A DNA stretch of 64,000 nt from an uncultured candidate division Zixibacteria bacterium (GCA_963668625.2 CAXXKA010000008.1:736001-800000), one strand, 5' to 3'. Counted from the stretch's first letter, positions 1 to 10,297 are shown. Translations and numbers: made by a program. Notes: generated by a model not told the origin, from the letters alone.

Positions 1-445
1 CAAAACGCCCGGTAAAACCCGTGCTCTCAATTATTTCGAGATAAACGAAAAATACTATTTCGTTGATCTGCCCGGTTTCGGTTTCGCCAGAGGGCCCAAG
101 TCGGAAAGGCTGGCCTGGGGTAAGCTTATCGAGGGTTTCCTGGGGAACTCGACCGGATTGAGGGGTTTGGTGCATATCATAGATTGCCGTCGGGGATTGA
201 TGGATATCGACTGGAACCTGATCGAATACGTATCACATCTGCAAGACCAACTGGATAGAAACCTGCAGGTGCTCTACGTGCTATCGAAAGCCGATAAATT
301 AAAAAGCAAAGCCCGGGCTGAGGCTTATAAGAAAACGATCAACGCTCTGCAATGTGATCCGAAGCAGTTGATTTTTTCCTCGGCGTTATCGGGGCAGGGA
401 ATACCGGAAATCAGAAAACTAGTAGCGGAGATTTTAACTCGATGA
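1..445 (+). CDS. engB: Ribosome biogenesis GTPase YihA/YsxC, 5'-truncated by window edge
   Basis: Frame from nt 2 reads KTPGKTRALNYF...VDLPGFGFA...IDCRR...SKADK...SSA (G2-G5 motifs). Confidence 0.93.
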   Translation, partial: KTPGKTRALNYFEINEKYYFVDLPGFGFARGPKSERLAWGKLIEGFLGNSTGLRGLVHIIDCRRGLMDIDWNLIEYVSHLQDQLDRNLQVLYVLSKADKLKSKARAEAYKKTINALQCDPKQLIFSSALSGQGIPEIRKLVAEILTR

Positions 446-1722
446 ATAGAAATATTACAATACTCGGCCTTCAATGGGGCGATGAAGGCAAAGGCAAAGT
501 CGTTGACTATTTCACCGAGCGCGTCGATATCGTAGCTCGTTTCGGCGGCGGAGCGAATGCCGGACATACGGTCGTAAACGATAAAGGCAAGTTCGTTCTT
601 CACCTGCTGCCGTCAGGTATTATCCACGATAATGTCAGATGTTTCATGGGCGGCGGTATGGTAGTCGATCCGATCGGGCTGTTCGAGGAGATAGAGGATG
701 TCAAATCGAAAGGCGTAAATTGTGGAGATCGCCTGAAAATCGATAGCGCTACGCATCTGGTGTTACCCCATCACCGGGCAATCGAAAAATACTACGAGAC
801 CATGAAAGATGGTAAAGAGATCAATACCACGCTCAGGGGTATTGGCCCGGCTTATGCCGATAAGGCGAACCGGTTCGGTTTCACTGCCGGCGACCTCCTG
901 GATGAAAAACTGATGGTCGAGAAAGCTCGCACATTCGTAGCCCGCAAACAGGCGATATTAAAAGCCACCGGGGATGACAAGATGACCGATACCGATTACC
1001 TGGTGGATTTCCTCAAAGCGTATGTTGGTACTCTGGGCAGTATGGTCGTGGATGTTACTTCCGAGTTGAAGGAAGCTATAGCGCAAAAGAGTCGTATCCT
1101 GTTCGAGGGCTCGCAGGGTTCGCTTCTGGATATCAGCCTTGGTAATTACCCGTACGTCACCTCCTCCAATACAACTATCGGAGGGCTTTACACCGGTTTA
1201 GGTATGCCACCCGGGGTGCAGGGCGATGTGCTCGGCGTGGTTAAGGCCTACACTACCCGTGTCGGCAACGGTCCGTTTCCAACCGAGCTTGAGGATGAAA
1301 TAGGCGAGACCATCCGCGAAAAAGGCGGCGAGTACGGAGCTACCACCGGCCGTCCCAGGCGAACAGGCTGGCTGGATACGGCTATCGTGAAACGTACCGG
1401 ATATATCTCCGGCGTTACCGGTGTGGTTCTTACCAAGCTGGATGTTTTAGACGGGCTCGAGGAACTCAAGGTTTGCGTGGGCCATCGCGTTGATGGCAAG
1501 GTGTATGATTTCCCGCCGCTTCATGCCTCGTTCATGGAGAAAGCCGAGCCGATATATGAGACTTTCCCCGGGTGGAAAAATCCGACAGCCAATGTCACCG
1601 ATTTCGATAAGCTTCCAAAAGAGGCGAAAAGCTACCTGAAGTTTATCGAAAACAAACTTGAAATTCCTATAAAGTATATCTCCACCGGCTCCAACCGCAG
1701 CGCATTTATTGAAAAGGCTTGA
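442..1722 (+). CDS. purA: Adenylosuccinate synthetase
   Basis: QWGDEGKGK, GGANAGHT, YPYVTSS, GATTGRPRR, TKLDVL motifs. Confidence 0.98.
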   Translation: MNRNITILGLQWGDEGKGKVVDYFTERVDIVARFGGGANAGHTVVNDKGKFVLHLLPSGIIHDNVRCFMGGGMVVDPIGLFEEIEDVKSKGVNCGDRLKIDSATHLVLPHHRAIEKYYETMKDGKEINTTLRGIGPAYADKANRFGFTAGDLLDEKLMVEKARTFVARKQAILKATGDDKMTDTDYLVDFLKAYVGTLGSMVVDVTSELKEAIAQKSRILFEGSQGSLLDISLGNYPYVTSSNTTIGGLYTGLGMPPGVQGDVLGVVKAYTTRVGNGPFPTELEDEIGETIREKGGEYGATTGRPRRTGWLDTAIVKRTGYISGVTGVVLTKLDVLDGLEELKVCVGHRVDGKVYDFPPLHASFMEKAEPIYETFPGWKNPTANVTDFDKLPKEAKSYLKFIENKLEIPIKYISTGSNRSAFIEKA

Positions 1723-1778
1723 TAGGTTTTCTGCTATATCTTATAATCATCGACGTTAATAATGGCAGGAGTACGATT

Positions 1779-3125
1779 ATGAATAAAGCGCTGAAACATA
1801 CGATCTATATCACGTTCATTTTTATATTTGCCATGACATGCGCGGCATTCGGCCAGTCGAACATGAAAAGTATCAGCTTATTGAAAGCCGTCGAGATAGC
1901 GCTGGAACGGGATAATAATATCAAGGCGGTGATTCAGGAGAAAAGCGCCGCGAATCTGGGTATCAGAAAAGCTAAAGCCGATTACTGGCCCAAACTTTCA
2001 CTTTCTGGAAATTACGCTCATCTCTCTAAAGTAAATGAAATGGTCATAGATTTGCCGGTTGGCGGCAGTCAGACATTCGCAATCGGTACGGATAATCCGT
2101 TTAGCAGCGATTTGATGCTGGGCTGGGATGTTTACACTTTCGGCAGGAGAGGTTCTTTGGTCGGTATCGCTAAAACAGAATCGGAGCTAACCGGCGTTAA
2201 AGAGAGTTTCACCCAAAAGCAAGTATTCGATAATGTCGCTCGCGCCTACCTGGCGGTAGTGTTTTCCGACGCCGCCTACGAACTGAGCACAACCGAGAAA
2301 GACAGGGCCTCGAAAATTTTAAAGCTGGTGGAAAACCGATACGAGAAAAAGCTCATACCCGAATTCGATCTGTTGCAGATGCAGCTTCGCTACGAACAAC
2401 ACAGGTTGACCGAATTGGAGCTGGAGGAGGACAACCAAACCGCCCGGCTCAATCTGGCCCGTCTGTTGAACATGGGTAATGAATCATTGCCCTCGCTTAG
2501 CGATAATCTCGATTACGAATTTTCGCAGTTGATGCCGCTGCATAAAGCCGATGATGTCCTGGAATATCGGGATGACTACGAGCAGGCTGAAATTCAACTG
2601 AGGTTTTCCGATTATACGAAGCGTATTACGAGAAGCGGTTATTTCCCTAACGTAACGCTTTTTACGGATTATAACCTTCGCAACGGTTATCAGCCAGATC
2701 TCGACAATATAGAGAATGTGTTTTCTTTCGGAGTCAATTTCAACTGGTTATTGTTCGATGGTTTATCGCGCAGGGCCGAGATTAACAGGCAGGCGTATTT
2801 GAAAAAAGCCTCCGAGTATTATCGGGATGATTTGAAAGACTTGATTCCTTTTCAGGTTAGTGTCGCCTCGAATACGCTTATCAAGAAAAAGTCGGCTATC
2901 GAGGTTGGCAAACGGGCGCTCGAGGTTGCCCAAAAGGCGATGGCGATTGCCCGGAAAAGATACGAGCTGGGTGATATTTCGATGATCGAGCTTTTAGAGG
3001 CGGAAAACAAACTTTCCGAGGCTGAACTTGGACTTCTGAAGTTGCAATTCGATAAAGCCATAGCCGAACTCGATCTGAAAGCCGCTTCGGGTTATTATCC
3101 GGAGATAGAGACGTTTAATCGGTAG
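1779..3125 (+). CDS. TolC-family outer membrane efflux protein
   Basis: Signal peptide; two OEP repeats (ADYWPKLSL..., RYELGDISMIELLEAE); ATG 1779 follows AGGAG. Confidence 0.88.
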   Translation: MNKALKHTIYITFIFIFAMTCAAFGQSNMKSISLLKAVEIALERDNNIKAVIQEKSAANLGIRKAKADYWPKLSLSGNYAHLSKVNEMVIDLPVGGSQTFAIGTDNPFSSDLMLGWDVYTFGRRGSLVGIAKTESELTGVKESFTQKQVFDNVARAYLAVVFSDAAYELSTTEKDRASKILKLVENRYEKKLIPEFDLLQMQLRYEQHRLTELELEEDNQTARLNLARLLNMGNESLPSLSDNLDYEFSQLMPLHKADDVLEYRDDYEQAEIQLRFSDYTKRITRSGYFPNVTLFTDYNLRNGYQPDLDNIENVFSFGVNFNWLLFDGLSRRAEINRQAYLKKASEYYRDDLKDLIPFQVSVASNTLIKKKSAIEVGKRALEVAQKAMAIARKRYELGDISMIELLEAENKLSEAELGLLKLQFDKAIAELDLKAASGYYPEIETFNR

Positions 3126-3307
3126 AATCGATATCATCATAAAAAGAATTTTTAGAGGTTTAGCGCAATTAAGTTATTGATATATAACCCGAAATATTGT
3201 AATAGAGCCATTATGGGCATTCGGGATATTTATGCCCGGTATTTTGGTTTAACATTTAAGTTTAAACGTTCGATAAATATTAAATTGATGGAAATAGAGG
3301 AGGGAGA

Positions 3308-4819
3308 ATGAGAAAGCCATTAGTTGTCATATTGGCAATAATATTGGTAGGATTTTCAACGAGTTTCGCTGTCGAATGGAATAGTCGTCTGGGGGTTGGC
3401 CTGCGTGGGCCTTTATTCGCGCCGATGGTTTCCGGCGATAAGTACCAGGGCGCCGATACGAGCGAGCCGTTCATGATGGGGCTCGGTGGTAGTTTTGAGG
3501 CCAAGTATGGCATTTCGAGGTCGTGGGTTGTCGGTTTTTCCGTGGGCTACTGGATGACATACGATGACTCGACCGCCGGCGAGGATCAATCGTTTAAGAT
3601 GTATAGCAATAAAAACGCCTCCACGAAAGTGAGCAGTGTGCCTCTTTCGTTAACCGGCCAGTATTATTTCATTCCCGAAAGCAACGTACAACCTTACCTC
3701 CTGTTTGGCCTGGGGCTCGACCTCAGTTCATTCGAGAATCAGGGCGCTATCGGAGGAAGTTACACCTCAACTGATCTATACAGTAAAATCGGCGCAGGTA
3801 TTAATTTCTGGATCGGCGAAAGTATCACGTTCGATATCTCGGGGCGGTTTAACTACCTGTTGACTAATCTCAGCAACGATTTACCCGAGAACAATACCGA
3901 TTTACCGATTTCAATTCGTAATACCGACATGAGCAATATCAGTACCCGGCCTTACCTGGCCATGCTCGAGCCGAGTATCGGTTTCACCTATTTCATAGGC
4001 GGCGCCAAGGATACCGATAAGGACGGGATTAAAGATAAGGTAGATCAATGCCCGGATACTCCTAAAGGCGCTCTGGTTGATGAGTTCGGCTGCCCTCTGG
4101 ATGCCGATGGTGACGGCGTATATGACGGCCTGGATACATGCAACGAGACGCCTCAGGGAGCGATCGTAGATATAACGGGCTGTGCTCTGGATGGTGACAT
4201 CGATGGCGTGCCCGATGGTATAGACCTGTGCGCCGATTCGCCGCTGGGAGTCGAGGTAGATGTCTATGGCTGTCCTCTCGATAATGATAAGGACGGTATC
4301 CCGGATTTCAAGGATCAGCAACTCGATACACCGCTCGGTGCGATCGTGGATCAAGATGGTGTTGCGATGGACACCGACAAGGACGGCGTTCCGGATGGTA
4401 TAGATAAATGCCCGGAGGATGGCGAGGGAATCATTGTCGATGAGTTCGGTTGCCCGATAGCCAAGCCGCTTACCGAGATGATCCGGCTGAATATAAATTA
4501 TGCCGCTGGATCGACTGAACCGGATGATGCCGCCAAGGTTATTCTGGATGATATAGCGGAGAGGATGAAAATCTATAGTGATGTTAAAATTGAGATTAAC
4601 GGTTATACCGATGCTTTAGGCAGATCCATCTCTAATCTGAAAATCTCGGAACGTCGCGCCCAGGCTGTGATGGATTACCTTGAATCCAAGGGTGTCCCCG
4701 CCGACCGAATGAAAGCCCAGGGTTTCGGTGAAAATGATAAGTATTTCATTGATACTAACGATACCCCTGAAGGCCGCCAGAAAAACAGAAGAGTGGATAT
4801 AGTACCGGTCACACAATAG
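3308..4819 (+). CDS. OmpA-family protein: beta-barrel + thrombospondin type-3 repeats + OmpA C-terminal domain
   Basis: Repeated DxDxDGVxDxxDxCP; GYTD...N..SERRA...G.GE...NRRV. Confidence 0.93.
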   Translation: MRKPLVVILAIILVGFSTSFAVEWNSRLGVGLRGPLFAPMVSGDKYQGADTSEPFMMGLGGSFEAKYGISRSWVVGFSVGYWMTYDDSTAGEDQSFKMYSNKNASTKVSSVPLSLTGQYYFIPESNVQPYLLFGLGLDLSSFENQGAIGGSYTSTDLYSKIGAGINFWIGESITFDISGRFNYLLTNLSNDLPENNTDLPISIRNTDMSNISTRPYLAMLEPSIGFTYFIGGAKDTDKDGIKDKVDQCPDTPKGALVDEFGCPLDADGDGVYDGLDTCNETPQGAIVDITGCALDGDIDGVPDGIDLCADSPLGVEVDVYGCPLDNDKDGIPDFKDQQLDTPLGAIVDQDGVAMDTDKDGVPDGIDKCPEDGEGIIVDEFGCPIAKPLTEMIRLNINYAAGSTEPDDAAKVILDDIAERMKIYSDVKIEINGYTDALGRSISNLKISERRAQAVMDYLESKGVPADRMKAQGFGENDKYFIDTNDTPEGRQKNRRVDIVPVTQ

Positions 4820-4843
4820 TTCTATATAGAATAAGTTAAAATT

Positions 4844-4874
4844 AAGGGCGTTCCCATGATGGGCGCCCTTTTTT
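4844..4874 (+). terminator. Intrinsic terminator after OmpA gene
   Basis: AAGGGCGTTC-loop-GGGCGCCCTT followed by T-tract. Confidence 0.8.
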
Positions 4875-4943
4875 ATTATGCTAAAAGCCATTGGATAGTG
4901 GCAATATCGAGTGGAATTAACCGACCGGTAAATATCCTCGAAT

Positions 4944-4970
4944 AAAAAACCCGGCAATTAACCGGGTTTT
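4944..4970 (-). terminator. Intrinsic terminator of the minus-strand ncRNA
   Basis: Minus strand AAAACCCGG-TTAATTG-CCGGGTTTTTT. Confidence 0.75.
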
Positions 4971-4982
4971 AAAGCTTTATAA

Positions 4983-5166
4983 GCGGAATGGGAGGTAATC
5001 GAAATGAAAACACATCATTTCTTCACACGGTAAAGGCGTTTTAGAGCCACCAGAGACTTTTTGCGTTCGCTCTCCCCGGAACCCGGGGGTCACGGCGTAA
5101 GCTCAGCCTGAGGGTGCAGCCTTCATTGGTTTGGTGTTAGGTTTTCAATTTCCCCCCGCATCCCGC
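4983..5166 (-). ncRNA. ssrS: 6S RNA-like non-coding RNA (184 nt)
   Basis: 5' GCGGGAUG pairs with 3' CAUUCCGC; GAAAUUGAAAAC pairs with GUUUUCAUUUC; A/C-rich bubble; apical CCCCGG-GUU-CCGGGG; own promoter and terminator; no ORF. Family inferred from size and shape only. Confidence 0.6.
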
Positions 5167-5172
5167 GTAATT

Positions 5173-5200
5173 ATGATACTATCATTTGAACATAAATCAA
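5173..5200 (-). promoter_or_regulatory. Sigma70-type promoter of the ncRNA
   Basis: TTGATT-16 nt-TATCAT, 6 nt before the paired 5' end. Confidence 0.55.
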
Positions 5201-5279
5201 GCTGTTTTTATTATCGGCAAATAAGACTTTGACTTTGAATATGTTAAAATTTATATTTCAAGGTTTAGAAGATGTGAGT

Positions 5280-5660
5280 ATGATAGATTCAGTAGGTATC
5301 GATTTAATTGAGGTTCATAGGATTAGAGAGGCGATCGAACGCTGGGGCGAACGGTTCCTTCACCGGGTATATACCCCGTGGGAGATAAATTATTGCTCCA
5401 AGAAACAATTTCCCGAGCAATCCTATGCCGCCAGGTTCGCTGTTAAAGAGTCAGTTTTAAAAGCGGTTGGGACAGGTCTGGGACAGGGTATCCGGTGGAC
5501 CTCGGTCGAGGTTGTCAATACCGAGCTGGGCGCGCCCCAGGTCAGATTGGGTGAGAGAATCAAGCGAATAATTGGCAACAAGAATATCATAATTTCGATG
5601 TCGCACACTCGGGAGCATGCAATCGCCAGCGCTATTCTGGTTAATAACGAAAAGGCCTAG
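5280..5660 (+). CDS. acpS: Holo-ACP synthase
   Basis: GIDLIE, AARFAVKES..KA.GTG, ISMSH motifs. Confidence 0.95.
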   Translation: MIDSVGIDLIEVHRIREAIERWGERFLHRVYTPWEINYCSKKQFPEQSYAARFAVKESVLKAVGTGLGQGIRWTSVEVVNTELGAPQVRLGERIKRIIGNKNIIISMSHTREHAIASAILVNNEKA

Positions 5661-5662
5661 CC

Positions 5663-6319
5663 ATGCCCGATAATACGCTTAAATCACGCCGACAGTTAGC
5701 CGAATACTGCAAACGTCTATACGACCGCGATCTGGTCGGCTCCACCCAGGGTAATTTATCCTATAGATACGCTCCGGATAAAATCCTGATAACGCCTACC
5801 GGCGGCAATCTGGGCTATTTAAAGGCCTCCGATATTGTCGTGATAAACTCGAGCGGTAGCAAAATCAGCGGTCGCGGCGAACGATCCAGCGAGTACGATA
5901 TTCATCTCAAGATATACGAGGCCCGGCGTGATATTATGGCCGTTTGCCATGCTCATCCGGTGGTCCTGACAGCTATGTCCATCACCCGAACGGATCTTAG
6001 CAGGCTCATTCTGCCGGAGATCATCTATGAATTCGGCATCATACCCGTACTCGAGTTCGCCTGTCCCGGTACGCCTGAGCTATATGATACTATATCGAAA
6101 TATATTAGCAGGCACGAGGCATTCGTGTTTAGCAATCACGGCGCGCTGACAATCGGCAAAAGTATCGAACAGGTTTTCAACAGAATGGAGATGCTGGAAC
6201 GCTATGCCCGAACACTTCTGGCCGCCTCACGTATGGGCGAGATAAACGAAATTCCTGCCGAGATGGCTAAAAACCTTCCCGGGCACGAGCGCATAGCAGG
6301 CCAACTCTCAATCGAATGA
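5663..6319 (+). CDS. Class II aldolase/adducin family protein
   Basis: GNLS, ITPTG, SSE..IH, HAH, NHG metal-binding motifs. Confidence 0.92.
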   Translation: MPDNTLKSRRQLAEYCKRLYDRDLVGSTQGNLSYRYAPDKILITPTGGNLGYLKASDIVVINSSGSKISGRGERSSEYDIHLKIYEARRDIMAVCHAHPVVLTAMSITRTDLSRLILPEIIYEFGIIPVLEFACPGTPELYDTISKYISRHEAFVFSNHGALTIGKSIEQVFNRMEMLERYARTLLAASRMGEINEIPAEMAKNLPGHERIAGQLSIE

Positions 6320-6328
6320 GTAATTATC

Positions 6329-7501
6329 ATGAAAGTTATAACCAACAAATCAGATCGCTTTTTACGCGCCCCTGAGGCTTTGATGTCCATGAATTTAACC
6401 GAGAAACTGATAAAAAGACGCGGGCTGGAATTTATCGATCTTGACCCGATCGTCCCCAGGACTCCTCGTTGTGAGGGATTCAGGGAGAAACTTAAAGAGT
6501 TCGATCTTTCGGATAACACGCCGGCCTCACAACAGGAGGTTTGTAACCTGCGAGAGGTATTGGCCGGGATTTATCAGAAGATATATAATCATAAAGTACA
6601 CCCCGATAAAGATATAGTTATCACTCCGGGCAGCCGGGCTACGGCTATTTTGATTTGCCTGTCTATGGTGAATCCCGGGCAGGTGGTGGCTATTCCCGAT
6701 CCGGGATTGTCGACATATCGGCTGGCGGCAGTGATGGCCGGAGCGGAGCCGTTCGCGTATCCTCTACTGGAGAAAAACGATTTTTTACCGAACCTCAGCG
6801 CTTTATTCGAACCACCTCCGCAAAATCTCAGCCTGGTATTTTTGAATTATCCGCATTGTCCCACGGGCGCGGAGGCCGATTCGTATTTCTATCGGGATTT
6901 GATAAATATCCTAAAATACGAGAATATATTGATAGTGGCGGATACGGCTTTCACCGGGGTATCCGAACCCGCTATCGATTTACCCCTCCAGACAGCCAAA
7001 GCCTCCAATATGATATTGGAATTACATTCGTTCGGATTCCCCTACGGCCTGGCCGGTCTGGGTTTCGCGACAGGTCATCGCGGCGCGGTGGAAAATCTCA
7101 AGCAGGTTACAAAGGCCTCGGGGATAACTCCCAACAAAGCCGAGATTAATTATATTCTAACGGCAATTGAATATCATGATGATATATTTGCCGAGTACAT
7201 GAATCGGTTGAACGACCGCCGCAGGGTACTTTCCGAGGGTTTGAAAGAGATAGGCTGGCATGTGCGTAATTCCCGCCTGACTCCTTTTATCTGGGCGAAA
7301 GCCCCGGCGAAATCGACCTCGGCCGGTTTTGCCCGCAAGCTGTTTTTGAAAACCGGCGTACGTACACGACCCGGGACGGATTTCGGTGAGAATGGCGAGG
7401 GTTATCTCAGGTTCTCGCTTACGGTATCCGCAGAGAAAATAGAGAAAGCGCTTAAAAACATACAGGGTAAATCATCACTATACGGAAAGCGAGGGAGTTA
7501 A
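6329..7501 (+). CDS. Class I/II aminotransferase-fold protein (LL-DAP aminotransferase-like) lacking the PLP lysine
   Basis: ITPGS, PDPG..Y, LNYPHCPTG, PGTDFGENGEGYLRFSL; SFGF in place of SxSK. Confidence 0.8.
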   Translation: MKVITNKSDRFLRAPEALMSMNLTEKLIKRRGLEFIDLDPIVPRTPRCEGFREKLKEFDLSDNTPASQQEVCNLREVLAGIYQKIYNHKVHPDKDIVITPGSRATAILICLSMVNPGQVVAIPDPGLSTYRLAAVMAGAEPFAYPLLEKNDFLPNLSALFEPPPQNLSLVFLNYPHCPTGAEADSYFYRDLINILKYENILIVADTAFTGVSEPAIDLPLQTAKASNMILELHSFGFPYGLAGLGFATGHRGAVENLKQVTKASGITPNKAEINYILTAIEYHDDIFAEYMNRLNDRRRVLSEGLKEIGWHVRNSRLTPFIWAKAPAKSTSAGFARKLFLKTGVRTRPGTDFGENGEGYLRFSLTVSAEKIEKALKNIQGKSSLYGKRGS

Positions 7502-7503
7502 GA

Positions 7504-8142
7504 TTGGCGGTCAAATACATTGCTATCGAGGGGCCTATCGGCGTAGGCAAAACAACGCTGGCAAGGATGCTGGCGGATCATTTCAACGGCCGATTGGTGC
7601 TGGAGGAACACGATGAGAATCCATTTTTAAAAGATTTCTACAGGGATAGAGACCGCTACGCGTTTCAAACACAGATGTTTTTCCTGCTTTCGCGTTTCAA
7701 ACAGCAACAGGAATTTTTCTCGGGAGAGCTTTTAGCCTCGCATGTAATTTCGGATTATTATTTCGGCAAGGATCGTATATTCGCCACTCTCACTTTAAAT
7801 AACGATGAGTTAACGATGTACGATAAAATCGCCACCCTGATGGAGAAAAATATCCCGGCGCCCGATCTGATCATATACCTGACCGCCTCATCTAATACCC
7901 TGATGCATCGCGTTAAAAAGCGCAGCCGTGAATACGAGAGGCAAATGGATCAGGTATATCTCGAGGATTTATCCGAATCTTACAGCAAGTATTTTTTCCA
8001 TTTCAACCAGACAACGTTGCTCGTGGTCAATACCGAAAACGTTAATTTTGAAACCGAACCAGATCAATTCGAGTATCTTCTGGAAAAGATGGATGATATC
8101 ACACCGGGTACTCACTACCTGGTACCGTTCGGAGGGAAGTAA
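7504..8142 (+). CDS. Deoxynucleoside kinase
   Basis: IEGPIGVGKTT P-loop, NPFL..FY, FLLSRFKQ, PDLIIYL. Confidence 0.93.
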   Translation: MAVKYIAIEGPIGVGKTTLARMLADHFNGRLVLEEHDENPFLKDFYRDRDRYAFQTQMFFLLSRFKQQQEFFSGELLASHVISDYYFGKDRIFATLTLNNDELTMYDKIATLMEKNIPAPDLIIYLTASSNTLMHRVKKRSREYERQMDQVYLEDLSESYSKYFFHFNQTTLLVVNTENVNFETEPDQFEYLLEKMDDITPGTHYLVPFGGK

Positions 8143-8146
8143 TCGG

Positions 8147-8518
8147 ATGGTCTCGAAGAAACCGGCGATAATCAGGATGAGCAAGCTTTCGTTTTACGCC
8201 TATCACGGCAACTCGAAAGCCGAGCAGGAAACGGGCAGACGGTATGAGGTGGATTGCGAGTTTGCCATAGATATGAATAATGTCTCAAGAACCGATTCAC
8301 TTGACGATACTATCGACTATTCGATGGTGTACGGTACCATCGAGGAAATTATCACAAATAACAAGTTTAATTTGATCGAAACGCTAGCCGACCGGATTGG
8401 CGATGCCGTAATAAATATAACGGGTATAGAAAACGTTAAGCTGAAAGTTCGCAAGATGACGCCACCGATCTCGGGCAACATTGATTTTATCGAGATAGAA
8501 ACAGAAAGGTCGAGGTAG
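8147..8518 (+). CDS. folB: Dihydroneopterin aldolase
   Basis: FYAYHG..AEQ..G, DTIDY, FNLIETLA, VRK..PP; ATG 8147 lies inside the longer track ORF. Confidence 0.93.
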   Translation: MVSKKPAIIRMSKLSFYAYHGNSKAEQETGRRYEVDCEFAIDMNNVSRTDSLDDTIDYSMVYGTIEEIITNNKFNLIETLADRIGDAVINITGIENVKLKVRKMTPPISGNIDFIEIETERSR

Positions 8519-8522
8519 TTTC

Positions 8523-9053
8523 ATGGAATTGGATATAACTGCTTATCTGGGGCTGGGCTCTAACCTGGGCGATAAACAGGCGAATCTGAAAGAGTCTATC
8601 GAACACCTGAATAAAACCAACAACCTTAATGTCTCGAAAATATCCTCGGTGTATTTAACCGAGCCGATGGGAGTAACCCGTCAACCCGATTTTTACAATA
8701 TGGTGGTACAGGTTAAAACGTTGATGACTCCGTTGAATATACTGAAACGAGCTAAAGAGATTGAATATACGATGGGCCGTCAACCGAACAGCCATTTCAA
8801 GCCGCGGCCTATCGATATCGATATATTGCTGTTCGGTGATTCCGAGATAGACACGCTGGAACTACTGATTCCGCATTCGCGCCTGACTAAGCGCGCATTC
8901 GTGCTGACACCGATTCTGGAGCTGGAACCGGAGCTGATTCATCCCACCAGTTTCAAGCCTTTAAAGGAGTACCTCGGAGAAATAGCCGACTCGCAAAAAG
9001 TGGAAAGGATTATAGATGCCGGAGACTTTGCCGGAAAGCCCCAAAAAGGTTAA
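8523..9053 (+). CDS. folK: HPPK (6-hydroxymethyl-dihydropterin pyrophosphokinase)
   Basis: YLGLGSNLGD, PRPIDIDILL, IPH..L..RAFVL. Confidence 0.96.
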   Translation: MELDITAYLGLGSNLGDKQANLKESIEHLNKTNNLNVSKISSVYLTEPMGVTRQPDFYNMVVQVKTLMTPLNILKRAKEIEYTMGRQPNSHFKPRPIDIDILLFGDSEIDTLELLIPHSRLTKRAFVLTPILELEPELIHPTSFKPLKEYLGEIADSQKVERIIDAGDFAGKPQKG

Positions 9054-9849
9054 TGTTAAAACTCTTCGTAAATTAAAACGCGAGGGGAATAAGATTGTCG
9101 TTTTAACCGCTTACGACTATCCAACCGCCAAGATACTCGATCAGGCCGGCGTGGATTGCCTGCTGGTCGGCGATTCGGCAGCCACCGTTTTCGCGGGGCA
9201 TCAGAACACTCTGCCGATTACGATGGATCAGATGATATTTTTATGCGCCAGCGTGGTGCGGGCGGCCGAACGCGCCCTGGTGATCGCCGATATGCCGTTT
9301 CTGAGCTTTCAACCCTCAACTGCCGATGCTATCACCAATGCCGGCAGATTTCTGAAAGAGGCCGGCGCTAAAGCCGTGAAGCTGGAGGGCGGCATGGAGA
9401 TGTGCGAGACTATCGCCAGGATGGTCGAACTGGGTATTCCGGTGATGGGGCATATCGGGCTTACGCCGCAGTCGGTCAATAAATTCGGGGGCTATAAGAT
9501 AATGGGTAAAACCCAACGCCAGAGAAAATACATGCTCGATTCCGCCAAAGCGCTTCAGGATGCCGGGGCGTTTGCCATGGTACTCGAGGCGGTTCTGCCC
9601 GATCTGGCACAGGAGATATCCGAGTCGGTACGCATTCCGACAATCGGTATCGGCGCCGGGCCTCACTGTGACGGCCAGGTGCTGGTGACCTCCGATATGC
9701 TGGGTTTGTTCGAGGAGTTCAGGCCGAAATTCGTACGCCTGTATGCCAATATAGCCAATACTATAAGGGAGGCAGCCTCTCAGTATTGCAGTGATGTTAA
9801 AACCGGTAATTTCCCCAACGCCGATGAGAGTTATGGTATTAAGGGATAA
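9016..9849 (+). CDS. panB: 3-methyl-2-oxobutanoate hydroxymethyltransferase
   Basis: LTAYD, LVGDS, DMPF, VKLEGG, GHIGLTPQ, IGIGAG..CDGQVLV. Confidence 0.98.
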   Translation: MPETLPESPKKVNVKTLRKLKREGNKIVVLTAYDYPTAKILDQAGVDCLLVGDSAATVFAGHQNTLPITMDQMIFLCASVVRAAERALVIADMPFLSFQPSTADAITNAGRFLKEAGAKAVKLEGGMEMCETIARMVELGIPVMGHIGLTPQSVNKFGGYKIMGKTQRQRKYMLDSAKALQDAGAFAMVLEAVLPDLAQEISESVRIPTIGIGAGPHCDGQVLVTSDMLGLFEEFRPKFVRLYANIANTIREAASQYCSDVKTGNFPNADESYGIKG

Positions 9850-10297
9850 TATCTCTGCATATGATATCGTTAGATCTCACTACTGTCCGGTCTTTCCATC
9901 TCGCTGCCGTGCGCTGATTCGCAACGTGACTTGTTTGCCAGCAGAATGCTCATTCTACATGATTTAACAAGGTTTCCAGGCAGCGCTTGGAAACCGAAGC
10001 ACCAAGCCTAACATCGGCAGGACATATCAGGATGAATGATACGCTGAATAAATAATTATATCGGAAGATATTTTTTATTAACAATTCCAGGAAGAAATAT
10101 AAAAATTACCGAAAAACACCGGACACTAGTGATTAGATACATTATTTAAATATCGATTAAGCCTACTCCTGGGACTATCTTGCTTATTACTGTTTTAGAT
10201 TCTTAGCCTGATTATATATTAGTTTTAAAAGCCTCATAAGTACAAGAATTTCAATTAGTTGTCCTTTTCTCTTGACACGCTATTTATATTTCATATT

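Noticed and set aside
4000-4460. Repeats in the OmpA gene as CRISPR or DNA repeat array
   Set aside because: They are protein-level thrombospondin type-3 repeats with variable codons.
9850-10250. Intergenic hairpin GGTTTCCA-N9-TGGAAACC after panB as a riboswitch
   Set aside because: Single hairpin with no recognisable aptamer motif.
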